DNA of 64,000 nt from an uncultured Thermoplasmata archaeon (GTDB lineage Archaea; Thermoplasmatota; Thermoplasmata; Halarchaeoplasmatales; Halarchaeoplasmataceae), in assembly GCA_964394465.1 (NCBI GenBank), contig CAYMXS010000001.1, positions 33,484 through 97,483 of the forward strand, read 5' to 3'. Made by a program: the position numbers and the translations under genes. Below the pieces are notes generated by a model that was not told where the DNA came from, did not search any database, and worked only from the letters and a program-made list of their open reading frames with translations. Positions 32,916 through 43,900 of the stretch are shown piece by piece (the stretch's first letter is position 1; each line of letters starts with the position of its first letter).

Positions 32916-34308
32916 TAGGACCGAGGGTGTGAAGAAGCTTTTAGGAGAGCCAAAGAAAGCGATACTGTCCATCTCGCTGCCCATGATGGTGGCCATGCTG
33001 GTCAACTCCATATACAACATAGTGGACGGCTTCTGGGTTGCCGGACTGGGGGCCGATGCTCTCGCTGCTGTTGGTCTATTCTTCCCCTTCTTCATGGTCG
33101 TTATAGCATTGGGTGCTGGGATAGGGGTCGGCGGCAGCTCGGCCATCTCGAGGAGGATAGGGGCCAACAATAAAGAAGGGGCCGATAACACTGTGGACCA
33201 CACTATAATCATAGGTATAGTACTGGCTCTGGTGATAAGCCTCCCGATGCTCCCGTTCCTAGACGATATGTTCAGCGCCATGACCAGTAACACGAACGTT
33301 GTGAAGATGGCAACTCAATACGGCTCCATCATCCTGGGTGGGGCGTTCATCCTCATCTTCTATAACATGGCCAACGCTATACTGAGGGGTGAGGGAGACA
33401 CGAAGAGGGCCATGTACGCCATCATTTTCGGCTCGGTCATGAACGCCTCTCTTGATCCGGTACTCATATACACCTTGGACCTTGGGGTGGCCGGTGCAGC
33501 GTGGTCGACCGTTTTATCCATGTCCGCCACGTCTCTTATATTCATCTACTGGCTCTTCCACAAGAAGGACACCTTCGTTGACCTGGACCTCAGGCACTTC
33601 AGACCGGATAAGGATATACTCAAGGAGATATTCGAAGTGGGGATACCCTCCTCGTTGGCTCAGCTCTCCATGTCGTTCTCCATCGTGGCCCTGAATGTGA
33701 TAGTCATAGCTGCCGGAGGCAGCGACGGCGTGGCCGTTTTCACCTCGGGCTGGAGGATAATCAATATAGGCATCATACCTCTGATCGGCATGGCCATGGG
33801 GGTCACCGCCGTGACCGGTGCGGCTTACGGTGCCAGAGAAAAAGAGAAATTGAAGATATCTTACCTCTATGCGGTCAAGATAGGCATCATGATAGAGGCC
33901 GCCGCTTTCCTGATCGTTTTACTCTTCGCTCCCCAGATCGCGTATATCTTCACCTACTCGCCGGATTCGGCCCGTATCTACGGGGATCTCGTTACGTTTT
34001 TGCGGATCACATCTCTTATGTTCATAGTCGTTCCCCTGGGCATGTTGACGTCCTCCATGTTCAGGGGTGTGAAGATGGGTGTCAGGTCTCTGATCGTGAC
34101 CATATTGAGGACGATATTCTTCCAGGTACCCTTCGCCTTCCTTTTTGGTATAACATTAGGCTATGGATTGATCGGTATATGGGCAGGCATAGTTCTTGGC
34201 AATCTGACCGCGTCCGTCATAACCTTCATCTGGGGGAAGATAACCGTAGAGACCATCTTCGAAGATATGGAGGAAGAGCCGAAAAAAGCGTTCTCATCGA
34301 GCGAATGA
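32908..34308 (+). CDS. MATE-family multidrug/oligosaccharidyl-lipid efflux transporter
   Basis: 466 aa with 12 predicted TM helices and an N-terminal ...LGEPKKAILSISLPMMVAMLVNSIYNIVDGFWVAGLG typical of MATE/NorM. It overlaps marR by 8 nt. Confidence 0.85.
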   Translation: MHDRTEGVKKLLGEPKKAILSISLPMMVAMLVNSIYNIVDGFWVAGLGADALAAVGLFFPFFMVVIALGAGIGVGGSSAISRRIGANNKEGADNTVDHTIIIGIVLALVISLPMLPFLDDMFSAMTSNTNVVKMATQYGSIILGGAFILIFYNMANAILRGEGDTKRAMYAIIFGSVMNASLDPVLIYTLDLGVAGAAWSTVLSMSATSLIFIYWLFHKKDTFVDLDLRHFRPDKDILKEIFEVGIPSSLAQLSMSFSIVALNVIVIAAGGSDGVAVFTSGWRIINIGIIPLIGMAMGVTAVTGAAYGAREKEKLKISYLYAVKIGIMIEAAAFLIVLLFAPQIAYIFTYSPDSARIYGDLVTFLRITSLMFIVVPLGMLTSSMFRGVKMGVRSLIVTILRTIFFQVPFAFLFGITLGYGLIGIWAGIVLGNLTASVITFIWGKITVETIFEDMEEEPKKAFSSSE

Positions 34309-34414
34309 CCGTTCTTTTTCTAAAAACGGCTAAAAACACTAATATCTAAGCAAAATGTTTATAATCATCAAGAGCAATCTAAAAGGTACTCATTATACAC
34401 TAGCAGGGGTAAAA

Positions 34415-34774
34415 ATGTCTCCAGCAAATTCACTGGAATCTATACTAGAAAAGATAAAAGAGAAATCTGAGATAACCGAGGTAACCTTGGTCTCCAGGAG
34501 CGGTATGCACGTCTCTGGAGATGTTCCTCAAAAGGCGCACAGAGAGACCTTCGTTGCGATGTCGGCCATATTACTGGGTTCTGCTGAAACCGCTACATCG
34601 GAATTGGATGACGAACTCTCCTATGTCTCGGTGAAGTTGAAGGAGAGTATAATATTGATACAGGACGCGGGGCCTTCAGTCCTACTGGTATCCAGACTGG
34701 AGAAAGATGCTGACATCGAAGACGTGTTAGATTATATTAAAGGCTTTATAGAGGATATCCAGGATTCTCTATAA
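34415..34774 (+). CDS. Roadblock/LC7 (MglB-like) domain protein
   Basis: The start was chosen at the internal ATG (MSPANSLES...). The ORF track begins at 34355. The length is ~120 aa, and LESILEKI..EVTLVSRSGMHVSGDV...AMSAILLGSAETA fits the Roadblock fold pattern. Confidence 0.5.
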   Translation: MSPANSLESILEKIKEKSEITEVTLVSRSGMHVSGDVPQKAHRETFVAMSAILLGSAETATSELDDELSYVSVKLKESIILIQDAGPSVLLVSRLEKDADIEDVLDYIKGFIEDIQDSL

Positions 34775-34871
34775 TCGATAAGGGGGATTTAACATCACAG
34801 ACGACAGGATTGGTTTTATTAATTGTAATGTCATACCTATAGAAAATCGTTCTGAGTTATATCATGGATTT

Positions 34872-36287
34872 ATGGTAGAGCAGGGTAGGATAAAGAATAT
34901 CGACGACTACGACAAGATAATGTCGAAGAGTGACGAGAAGGTGGACCTAAAGGGGCTCCACATCTTACCCGGTTTTATAGACGCCCACACCCATCTGATA
35001 GAGATGGGGCTCAACATGGACCGCTTGGACCTCTCCGAAGCCACTTCTTTGGAGGAAGCTAAGTACTATCTGGAGAAGGAGGCGGAGAAGACGGAAGAAG
35101 GGGAATGGATAGTGGGCATAGATTTCGATGAATCTGAATGGAAGACCACGGAGTTCCCGGAAAAAGAAGAACTGGACGAGGTCAGTGACGAACACCCCGT
35201 GATAATCAAGCGGGTCTGCGGCCATATAGGCGTCGCGAATTCTAAAGCTCTGGAGATCATCGACGATGAGTGGGAGAACATAGACTACGAGACGGGGATG
35301 ATGAAGGAAGGCCCGATCTTACATCTAAACGAACTTGTGAACATCTCTAAAGAGGATAGAAAGGAGGCCATAGAGAGAGGGATAGAAACGGCCCATTCCT
35401 TGGGTATCACCAGTATCCACGATATCGTTGATAGAGATGGCTGGGAAGCCTACAAAGAGCTGGACGAAGAAAAGGACCTTGGCCTCAGGGTCAGATGCTA
35501 CATGTATCATGAAGATATAGATGACCTGGAGCCCGTGAATGAGAGCGAGTATCTGAAACTCCAGGGGGTTAAGGCCTTCGCTGACGGCTCGATAGGAGGT
35601 CATACCGCCGCCCTTCATGAAGAATACGCGGATGATCCGGGTAACCGGGGTATATTGCTCCTATCGCAGGACGAGATTGAAGATATCATACGGGATGCGG
35701 AATCCAAGGGATTCCAGGTTATGCTGCATGCCATCGGTGATAGAGCCATATCCACAGCTTTGGACGCCTATGAAGAGGCCTCCACCCGTGCGGAACTGAG
35801 GCACAGGATCGAACATGCAGAGGTACTCTATGAAGAGAACGTTCTAAGGATAAGGGACCAGAACCTGGTCCTATCTACTCAGCCAAATTTTGCCTACAAG
35901 TGGTCCAGACCGGGGGGCATGAACGAGAAAAGACTGGGTAAGGAAAGGCTCAAGAAGTGCAATCCTTACTGGGACATCCAGCGTTCCCTCGTCAAGATGG
36001 CCTTCGGTTCCGACTCCATGCCCATGTCCCCCCTCTTCGGAATACATTCCGCCGTGAACCACCCGATACTGGAACAGAGGATATCCGCTTATAACTCGGT
36101 CCAGAGCTATACCATGAACGGAGCCTACGCGACTGGAGATGAGAACCAATTCGGTACGTTCAAAGAGAACAGGTTAGCCGATTTCGTCGTACTCTCCGAT
36201 AATCCCTTGGATGTCGACGATGTTGAGGACATAGAGGTCAAGATGACCGTCGTGGGCGGTAACGTGGTCTATGACGATAGAGACTGA
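34872..36287 (+). CDS. Amidohydrolase-family metal-dependent hydrolase (Amidohydro_3-like TIM barrel)
   Basis: 471 aa. PGFIDAHTHL is the HxH metal-binding motif, and internal HAIGD and a C-terminal GSD are as in amidohydrolases. Confidence 0.8.
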   Translation: MVEQGRIKNIDDYDKIMSKSDEKVDLKGLHILPGFIDAHTHLIEMGLNMDRLDLSEATSLEEAKYYLEKEAEKTEEGEWIVGIDFDESEWKTTEFPEKEELDEVSDEHPVIIKRVCGHIGVANSKALEIIDDEWENIDYETGMMKEGPILHLNELVNISKEDRKEAIERGIETAHSLGITSIHDIVDRDGWEAYKELDEEKDLGLRVRCYMYHEDIDDLEPVNESEYLKLQGVKAFADGSIGGHTAALHEEYADDPGNRGILLLSQDEIEDIIRDAESKGFQVMLHAIGDRAISTALDAYEEASTRAELRHRIEHAEVLYEENVLRIRDQNLVLSTQPNFAYKWSRPGGMNEKRLGKERLKKCNPYWDIQRSLVKMAFGSDSMPMSPLFGIHSAVNHPILEQRISAYNSVQSYTMNGAYATGDENQFGTFKENRLADFVVLSDNPLDVDDVEDIEVKMTVVGGNVVYDDRD

Positions 36288-36364
36288 GCTCTTTTAAAAA
36301 AAGTTTATTTTCCCTCTTCCGATTACCTTATATAACCCCATTTTGTTAGGCCGGACGTGGTAAA

Positions 36365-36745
36365 ATGAGCGAGATTCCGTCCGATTTGAAATATACCGAG
36401 GAGCACGAGTGGGTAAAGACCGAAGATGGGACTATAAGATATGGTATAACTGACCATGCTCAAGATGAATTGGGTGACCTCGTCTATATCGAACTACCGT
36501 CAGAGGGAGATGAACTTAGTAAGGGAGATATGATCGGAGTCGTTGAATCAGTGAAGACGGTCTCGGATCTCTATGCGCCGGTGTCCGGAGAAGTAAAAGA
36601 GGTCAACGAAGACCTAGAGACCGCCCCTGAGGTGATCAACAGTGATCCATATGGTGAGGGCTGGATAGCCGTGATAGAGCTCTCCGATAGGTCTGAATTG
36701 GACTCACTTATGAGCCCAGAGGGATACGAGGAACATATAGGTTGA
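36365..36745 (+). CDS. gcvH: Glycine cleavage system protein H (lipoyl carrier)
   Basis: 126 aa. YTEEHEWV...GDLVYIELP.....VESVKTVSDLYAPVSGEV is the GcvH signature, with the lipoyl-Lys in ESVKT. Confidence 0.85.
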   Translation: MSEIPSDLKYTEEHEWVKTEDGTIRYGITDHAQDELGDLVYIELPSEGDELSKGDMIGVVESVKTVSDLYAPVSGEVKEVNEDLETAPEVINSDPYGEGWIAVIELSDRSELDSLMSPEGYEEHIG

Positions 36746-36926
36746 AAAGATTTCCTTTAAACCTTTTTATATTTTATAATCTCATTTTCATCTATGTTTT
36801 AGTTTTCAATTTATTTTGTGATATAAGCAGAATCTCGGAGGTTATCTAAAAAGTGTTATTAAAATATTTTCCATAACCTTTAAAGGACCTTCTTACCATA
36901 TATAGTGATAGAAGAGGAGAGTTAAA

Positions 36927-39900
36927 ATGAAGCAATCCTCTAAAATTGTATCCCTCACGGTAGTGATGGCCCTAGTACTGCTTCTGGGAGCGGTATCTGG
37001 AGCCCAATGGACTCGATGGAATCAGGATCAACCTCAAGAGAATTCTAAGGAAGTTAATGACACACACCTGATGACGGAGGACGAAGTGGAACAGCTGAAG
37101 AAGAATGTAGGAATGTACCAGCCCGGAGAGAACTATAACGAGATAATCAACGGGCATGGAACTGGCTTAGCACCACCTTCTACAGAGGATTACAAGGAGA
37201 TGGAAGGCTCTGTAAAGGTGGTGGAACACGTGGACTCTAACGAGCCCTTATCCGGTTCGGTCGACTTGACCGAAGACCAGTACTTCCCGCCGATAGGGAA
37301 CCAGGGTTCTCAGGGTTCATGCGCATCCTGGTCTACCGCATATTATGCCAACACGTACATGCAGGCGAAGGCCAACGGATGGGACGTTTCTAGCGGAGGG
37401 GACGATCATTTGATGAGTCCTTCATGGGTCTACAACAAGGTGAACGGTGGGAGCGATGGTGGTTCAACCCTTGCGGACCCGATGGCCCTGGTAGAAACGG
37501 TCGGCAACGCTGATATGCAGACCATGCCCTACGACGATTCAGATCATATCTCTTGGGGAGACGAATCGGCTTGGCGGGACGCTCCGCAGCACAGGGCCCA
37601 AGATTATGAATCTACCAGTGTCAGCAACGTAGATGTGGTCAAGTCTTGGCTCTCAGATGGTTTCGTTGTCAGCATGGCCGTAGATGCGGATCAGTACAAC
37701 TTCGACGGTGACAACGTTCTCTCCTCACAGGAATACAATGCAGGCAGCCCGAATCACGCCAATACCGTCGTGGGATACGATGACAGCGTGAGTGATGACG
37801 GTGAAACCGGGGCCTTCAAGATAGCTAATTCTTGGGGTCAATCATGGGGTCCAAACGGTGATGGAACGTATTACATGACCTATGACTGTTTCCAGACCCT
37901 AGCCTACAGTTCGGCCTATCGTTATACCGGGTCATTGTACAACGGCACTACATATCCTCAGATGATAGGGGCAACGGAGTTGAGTTCCACCGGGCCAAGG
38001 GATGCAGAAGTCGAGCTTGGAGCGGGCGACCCAGACGATCCAAGCGATACTCACTCCCCACAGTGGGACGGCGGCTCCCACGACTTTCCGTCCTTCATGT
38101 GCTTCGACATGACCACTCTAGAAACCGATGATACTTATTCTCAGTACTACCTTCACATAGGCTCCGGTTCCGGCTCCAGCACTATCTCGTCCTTCCAGGT
38201 CGAGGCATACCCCACGGGATACACACCAGGAAACCCGGATAACACATCCGGTGAATCATCTGATACCCCGGCAGATACCCCCGCAACGGTAATTGTTGAC
38301 TTCCAGGGTGGCGGAGGAAACGACCCGCCGGATGCTGCGTTCACTTATTCCCCTGATACACCAGCCGTTGGTGAGACCGTACAGTTCACCGACCAATCCG
38401 AGGACCAGGACGGAGGTACCATAACCGATTGGTCCTGGAGCTTCGGTGACGGTTCCAGCAGTTCTTCTCAGGATCCGACCCATTCCTACAGTTCCGAGGG
38501 TACTTATACGGTAGAACTGAGCGTGACAGATGATGATGGGGCCACCGCCACGGCCTCCCAGACCATAGAAGTCACCAGCGATGGAGATGACGGCGGCGGT
38601 GGTGGTTCCTCTGAGATGGACGAAGATTATGAGGACGGAGCCTCGGGCTGGAGCACGCAAGGTCTCTGGCATCTGGTTTCTGACTCCGACCAGTATGGGG
38701 ACAGTCACAGCGGTTCCAATGCGATGTGGTATGGTAAAGACTCAACCGGAAACTACGATACCGGTTCGCAGACAACTGGTTCTCTGGTTTCGCCTTCGAT
38801 AGATCTAACTCAGGCTTCCCAAGCTCAATTGACCTTCTACCACTGGTACGAGACGGAGAGCTACGACGGTGAGTACGATAAGGTCATGGTTTCAGTCAAT
38901 GGGGACCAGGTTTACTATAGAGACTCGAGTGATCCCAATGTGGGCTCCGAAGGCAACTTCGTGCAGGAAACAGTAGATCTTTCCTCCTACGTAGGTCAGA
39001 CCATATCCGTCAGTTTCACCTTCGATTCCATGGACGGGACCTACAATGACTATCGTGGATGGTATGTCGATGATATAGCCGTGTCTTCAGATGACGGTGG
39101 CGGCGGTGGAGGAAACAACGCCCCAAGCGCTTCCTTCACTTATTCTCCGACCGATCCATCTCCGGGAGATTCGATCCAGTTCACCGATACATCTTCGGAC
39201 GGCGATGGAAGCATAAGTTCCTATTCATGGGACTTCGGTGACGGTTCCACGAGTTCATCTCAGAACCCCACTCACTCCTACGGCTCCGAAGGGACCTACA
39301 CGGTTTCATTGACCGTGACTGACAACGACGGGGCGACCGACACGGCCTCGCAGTCAATAGACGTGAGTTCCGGAGGCGGTGGCGGTTCCACCGTGATTGA
39401 CGATGATTTCGAAAATGGAGCCTCAGGCTGGAGCACTTCAGGTCTGTGGCATCTCGTTTCAGACTCCGACCAGTACGGCGATGCCAACAGCGGTTCCAAG
39501 GCGATGTGGTATGGCCAGGATTCTACTGGTAACTACGCTACGGGGTCCCGTACAACGGGGTCCTTGAGCAAATCTGTGGACCTGAGTGGAACCTCATCAG
39601 CTACCTTGAGCTTCTCTCACTGGTTCGAAACTGAGAATTACGACAATGGCCAGTATGATAAGGTCATAGTTACAGTGAACGGTAATCAGGTCTACTACAG
39701 AGATACGTCGGATTCCAACGTCGGTTCTGAGAACAACTTCGTGCAGGAAACCATAGACATATCATCCTATGCCGGTCAAACGGTGGATATCAAGTTCACC
39801 TTCGACTCCATGGACGACTACGACAACGACTACCGTGGCTGGTATGTGGATGATGTCAAGGTCACAGCGGACTCCGGTGGTGGAGGCGGTGGAAATAGTG

Positions 39901-40799
39901 CGCCTTCAGCATACTTCAGTTACTCCCCGTCGAATCCATCTTCAGGAGAAACGGTTCAGTTCACTGACTCGTCTTCGGACAGTGATGGAAGCATAAGTTC
40001 CTATTCATGGGACTTCGGTGACGGCTCAACGTCCTCACAGCAGGACCCCACACATTCATATGGGTCCGACGGTACCTACACCGTTACCCTAACTGTAACG
40101 GATAATGAAGGGGCTACCAGTTCGACTTCTAAGGATATCACGGTCGGAAGTGGGGGCGGCGGTTCAACCGTACTAGATGAAGACTTCGAAAATGGAGCGT
40201 CCAGCTGGAGCACTTCAGGTCTGTGGCATCTTGTTTCAGACTCCGACCAATATGGCGATGCCAACAGCGGTTCCAAGGCGATGTGGTACGGTCAGGATTC
40301 CACTGGAACTTATGATACCGGTTCACCGACGTCGGGTTCATTGAGTGCTTCCGTTGACCTGAGCGGTGCGTCACAGGCAGAACTTACTTTCCAGCATTGG
40401 TTCAAGACTGAAAGCTATGATGGTCAGTACGATAAGGTCATAGTTACGGTGAACGGAAACCAGGTCTACTACAGAGATACGTCGGATTCCAATGTTGGTT
40501 CCGAGAACAACTTCGTGCAGGAAACGATAGACATCTCATCCTATGCGGGTCAAACGGTGGATATCAAGTTCACCTTCGACTCAGTAGATGACTACAACAA
40601 CGGATACCGCGGCTGGTACGTGGACGATGTCAAGGTCACAACTGGTACCACCTCTCCGACGGCAGTAGAAAGCACTGATGACGGTAGCGCTCCTCTCCTC
40701 AGTATGAGCGAGCAATATACCTCTCTTGATGCCTTGGATCACATGAACGTTGATATCGAGATCGATACGGCAAGCTATTACCGTCGAAAACTCTTCTAA
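36927..40799 (+). CDS. Giant secreted multidomain protein 1: signal peptide, papain-like C1A cysteine protease, then three units of [PKD domain + 150-aa GLWH/RGWYVDD beta-sandwich-type module]
   Basis: 1290 aa. The N-terminal signal/TM is MKQSSKIVSLTVVMALVLLLGAVSGA. C1A catalytic residues are present: QGSQGSCASWSTAYY (Cys), HANTVVGYDD (His) and IANSWGQSWG (Asn). There are three PKD domains (WSFGDGSSSSSQDPTHSYSSEGTYTVELSVTDDDG and others). There are three modules of the form EDFENGASGWSTSGLWHLVSDSDQYGD..MWYGQDSTGNYDTGS..HWFETE.YD..YDKV.VTVNG.QVYYRD.SD.NVGSE.NFVQETIDISSY.GQTV.I.F.FDS.DDY.N.YRGWYVDDV. Confidence 0.85.
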   Translation: MKQSSKIVSLTVVMALVLLLGAVSGAQWTRWNQDQPQENSKEVNDTHLMTEDEVEQLKKNVGMYQPGENYNEIINGHGTGLAPPSTEDYKEMEGSVKVVEHVDSNEPLSGSVDLTEDQYFPPIGNQGSQGSCASWSTAYYANTYMQAKANGWDVSSGGDDHLMSPSWVYNKVNGGSDGGSTLADPMALVETVGNADMQTMPYDDSDHISWGDESAWRDAPQHRAQDYESTSVSNVDVVKSWLSDGFVVSMAVDADQYNFDGDNVLSSQEYNAGSPNHANTVVGYDDSVSDDGETGAFKIANSWGQSWGPNGDGTYYMTYDCFQTLAYSSAYRYTGSLYNGTTYPQMIGATELSSTGPRDAEVELGAGDPDDPSDTHSPQWDGGSHDFPSFMCFDMTTLETDDTYSQYYLHIGSGSGSSTISSFQVEAYPTGYTPGNPDNTSGESSDTPADTPATVIVDFQGGGGNDPPDAAFTYSPDTPAVGETVQFTDQSEDQDGGTITDWSWSFGDGSSSSSQDPTHSYSSEGTYTVELSVTDDDGATATASQTIEVTSDGDDGGGGGSSEMDEDYEDGASGWSTQGLWHLVSDSDQYGDSHSGSNAMWYGKDSTGNYDTGSQTTGSLVSPSIDLTQASQAQLTFYHWYETESYDGEYDKVMVSVNGDQVYYRDSSDPNVGSEGNFVQETVDLSSYVGQTISVSFTFDSMDGTYNDYRGWYVDDIAVSSDDGGGGGGNNAPSASFTYSPTDPSPGDSIQFTDTSSDGDGSISSYSWDFGDGSTSSSQNPTHSYGSEGTYTVSLTVTDNDGATDTASQSIDVSSGGGGGSTVIDDDFENGASGWSTSGLWHLVSDSDQYGDANSGSKAMWYGQDSTGNYATGSRTTGSLSKSVDLSGTSSATLSFSHWFETENYDNGQYDKVIVTVNGNQVYYRDTSDSNVGSENNFVQETIDISSYAGQTVDIKFTFDSMDDYDNDYRGWYVDDVKVTADSGGGGGGNSAPSAYFSYSPSNPSSGETVQFTDSSSDSDGSISSYSWDFGDGSTSSQQDPTHSYGSDGTYTVTLTVTDNEGATSSTSKDITVGSGGGGSTVLDEDFENGASSWSTSGLWHLVSDSDQYGDANSGSKAMWYGQDSTGTYDTGSPTSGSLSASVDLSGASQAELTFQHWFKTESYDGQYDKVIVTVNGNQVYYRDTSDSNVGSENNFVQETIDISSYAGQTVDIKFTFDSVDDYNNGYRGWYVDDVKVTTGTTSPTAVESTDDGSAPLLSMSEQYTSLDALDHMNVDIEIDTASYYRRKLF

Positions 40800-40973
40800 A
40801 AAAACCTTTAACCCTTGTTTTTACTTTTTTTAGTTCCTTAGCCTCCTCCGATTTTTCTCCTAGAATACAACTTCTTAGCGCTGATATTCTACCCTTTTGC
40901 CCCCCCCATATATGGGGGTACGCTTTATATACCATATTCCTTTTTCCATTTTTGTAGATAAAAGGTGTTCTAG

Positions 40974-43900
40974 ATGGAATGGACGAAGAAAAAGTTGATA
41001 ACTTCAAGTTTGATCTTGGCCGCTTTGCTAGTGTTGGGCTCTTTTTCCACTCCCGCACTGGACCTTATAAATGATTCGAACACGGATGATGCTGGGCTAT
41101 CTCAAGGGACGGTCGAGAGTGATGTAGAGACAGAGGAGGACACTAAGAGTGTTCCCTCCAGTTCAGACCTAGACTCTGACGGGTCTACCGCCGAAACTAC
41201 AGATGGATCCAAGTCTAAATCCACCACCAGCGGTGAAAGCGACAAGTTCTGCATAGAGATACACAAGATCGAGGAGTTGGATAATATGGATGCCGTTGGT
41301 TCGGCTGAGTGGTACTACGAACTGAAGGTATCCGACGATGGAGGCTCGACCTGGGAGGTTCGAGAGTCATCAAAACCTTTGGACGACAGTAAAGATACCA
41401 TGATCGTGGATAACGAGCATTTCTTCGACGTGACCAATGACAAGATACTGTTCCGGATGACCCTAAAAGATGAAGATTCCGCTCTAGACGACACCGCGGA
41501 CATATCAGAACGGCCGGACAAGGGCTGGTTCGACGACGACGGGAAAGTTTTCAAGGGCGTCTACTGGATGGAGAACCACACCGTGGGGGGAGACCGAACT
41601 GAAGAGAACGAGATACACTGGTTGAAGACCAGCGGTGAGTGGGATGATAGTGGAGACGATGAGGATACGAATCTGCTGTTCAACGTTTACGAGAAGGGCA
41701 GACCGGACATAAAAAGACCTATCTTTACGGTGCCGAAGATACAGGAGAAGGGGAAGAACATAGAGGTCACTGTCACCTCCAGCGAGGAACCCAATACCTG
41801 GAACGTCGAGCTCTTCACCCCTTCTAGATATCCAACAGATTTGGACATCGAGGATATAACCAAACTGAAAGACGATAGATGGAGATTGGAGTGTGAGATA
41901 CCGGGGTCCATGGAGTCTAGACTTTACGATCTGGTCGTCAGCAATGAGTTCGGATCAGACAGTGAGTACCACGCAGTACAGATAGTGGATGAGATAGACG
42001 ACGAGTTCAACTTCATCCATATGTCGGACTTACACGTGGGATACGATGAGGATTTCTATTCCATACCGAACGTGAAGCAGGCCATCAGAGAAGCTAATCT
42101 GATAAACCCAGACTTCGTTTTCATAACTGGAGATGTATGTGACAAGGTCATGGGATGGTACAAAGACCAGCATCCAGACCCCATAGATCAGGACAGGAGA
42201 ACCCTCCAGTTACTCCAGATGTTTGACGTCCCCATCTACGTGGGCAGCGGCAATCACGACTGGTCCTACGACGGCTATAACGACGAGAGGCAGAATATAG
42301 AGTCCTACAAGAGATGGATCAATCCTTATCTCAACTTCTCGTTCAACTACGGCGATCATCATTTCTCTTACATGGATACCAAAAGCTACGTTGGGTGGTT
42401 GAACCCGGACAGTCCCATGGGGATGGAGGGTATCGATTGGCTCAAGAACGATCTGGAGCAGAACATAGACAAGACCCAGCGTTTCGTTGGGTATCATCAT
42501 CCCGTGTATCCAGACAATTTCGATGACGAGAGTGTTAGGTCTGAATTGGCCCAAACGCTCATAGATTACAACGTATCCATGGCTTTGACCGGACACACCC
42601 ATATAGAGTCCATCCATGATGCCTACGGAAACGAGCAGACCGGAGAGATGGGAAACCCGGCCCAACCGATACATGCTACAGTCTCGGATATAGAGGGGGG
42701 CAACAATTACAGACTAGTAAGGGTCCAGGGAAACGATATAGCCGACTATACCTACGATGAAGATGGAGACGGCGAGAGGCCGGCGAACTCCAGTATACCA
42801 ACAGGTGAATTATCCGTCGAGTACACCCCATCCAACAGTGGTGATAACAGTAAGGTGGTAGCCACGATCGAGAACGGTCTCTACGAGTACTTTGAAGACG
42901 CCTCCATAAGCTTCAAGGTCCCTGACGACGGGAGCGATTACACCGTTGAGAACGGTACGGTAAGGAACATGAAAGATATCGGGGCCTATCTCAGATTCAA
43001 CGTTTTGACCGATGTCCCTGAAGATAACACTAAAAAAGTGACCATCAGACCGTCAAACTACCTGGAAGCTGATTTCACCTGGTCCCCGGACGATCCTACC
43101 GTGCAGGATACGGTCCAATTCGATCACAGCGGGAATAAAAACGATATAAGTTCGTTTTCGTGGGACTTCGGGGACGGTTCGACTTCAACTGAAACTTCGC
43201 CATCACATGGTTATTCATCACCTGGAACGTACACCGTAGAACTGACCGTGGAGGATGCGGACGGCAAAACAGACACATCGACCAAACAGATAACGGTCAG
43301 CCCTGAGGATGAAAACGTAAATAAACTGAACGAGGACTTCGAAGGGGACGTTGACTGGTCAACCAGTGGATTGTGGCATCTAACTACCGAGAACGACCAG
43401 TACGGCGATGCGAACAGCGGTTCCAATGCCATGTGGTACGGTCAGGATTCCACCGGAGATTACGATACAGGTTCACATACCACTGGTTCTCTTGTATCAC
43501 CTACTCTCGATCTTTCTGAAGCTTCCGAAGCGGAATTGACTTTTCAGCACTGGTTCGAGACGGAGAACTGTGACGACGGCCACTGGGATAAGGTCATAGT
43601 GAGAGTGAACGATCAGCAGGTCTATTACAGAGATACCACGGACGACAACATGGGCTCGGAAGATAATTTCGTAAGGGAGACGATAGACATCTCGGAATAC
43701 ACGGGCCAGACCATCGAGATCCAGTTCGTATTCGACTCGGTAGACGATTACGATAATGCCTACAGAGGATGGTACGTAGACGACGTGAAAGTCACAGCGG
43801 ACTCCGGCGGGGATGAGGACGATGACGGCGATGAAGACGATGAAGACTCTGGCTCGGTGGTAATCTCAGAGGTATACTACGACGTAGAAGGTACGGACTC

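Noticed and set aside
39296-39499. Recurrent antisense ORFs MEPLLASPYWSESETRCHRPEV... (39296-39499, 40076-40276) and similar ones at 43211-43432 and 50863-51054
   Set aside because: They are the reverse complement of the conserved WSTSGLWH...DQYGD segment of the repeated module in the giant genes. Their recurrence reflects the DNA repeats, not an independent gene family.
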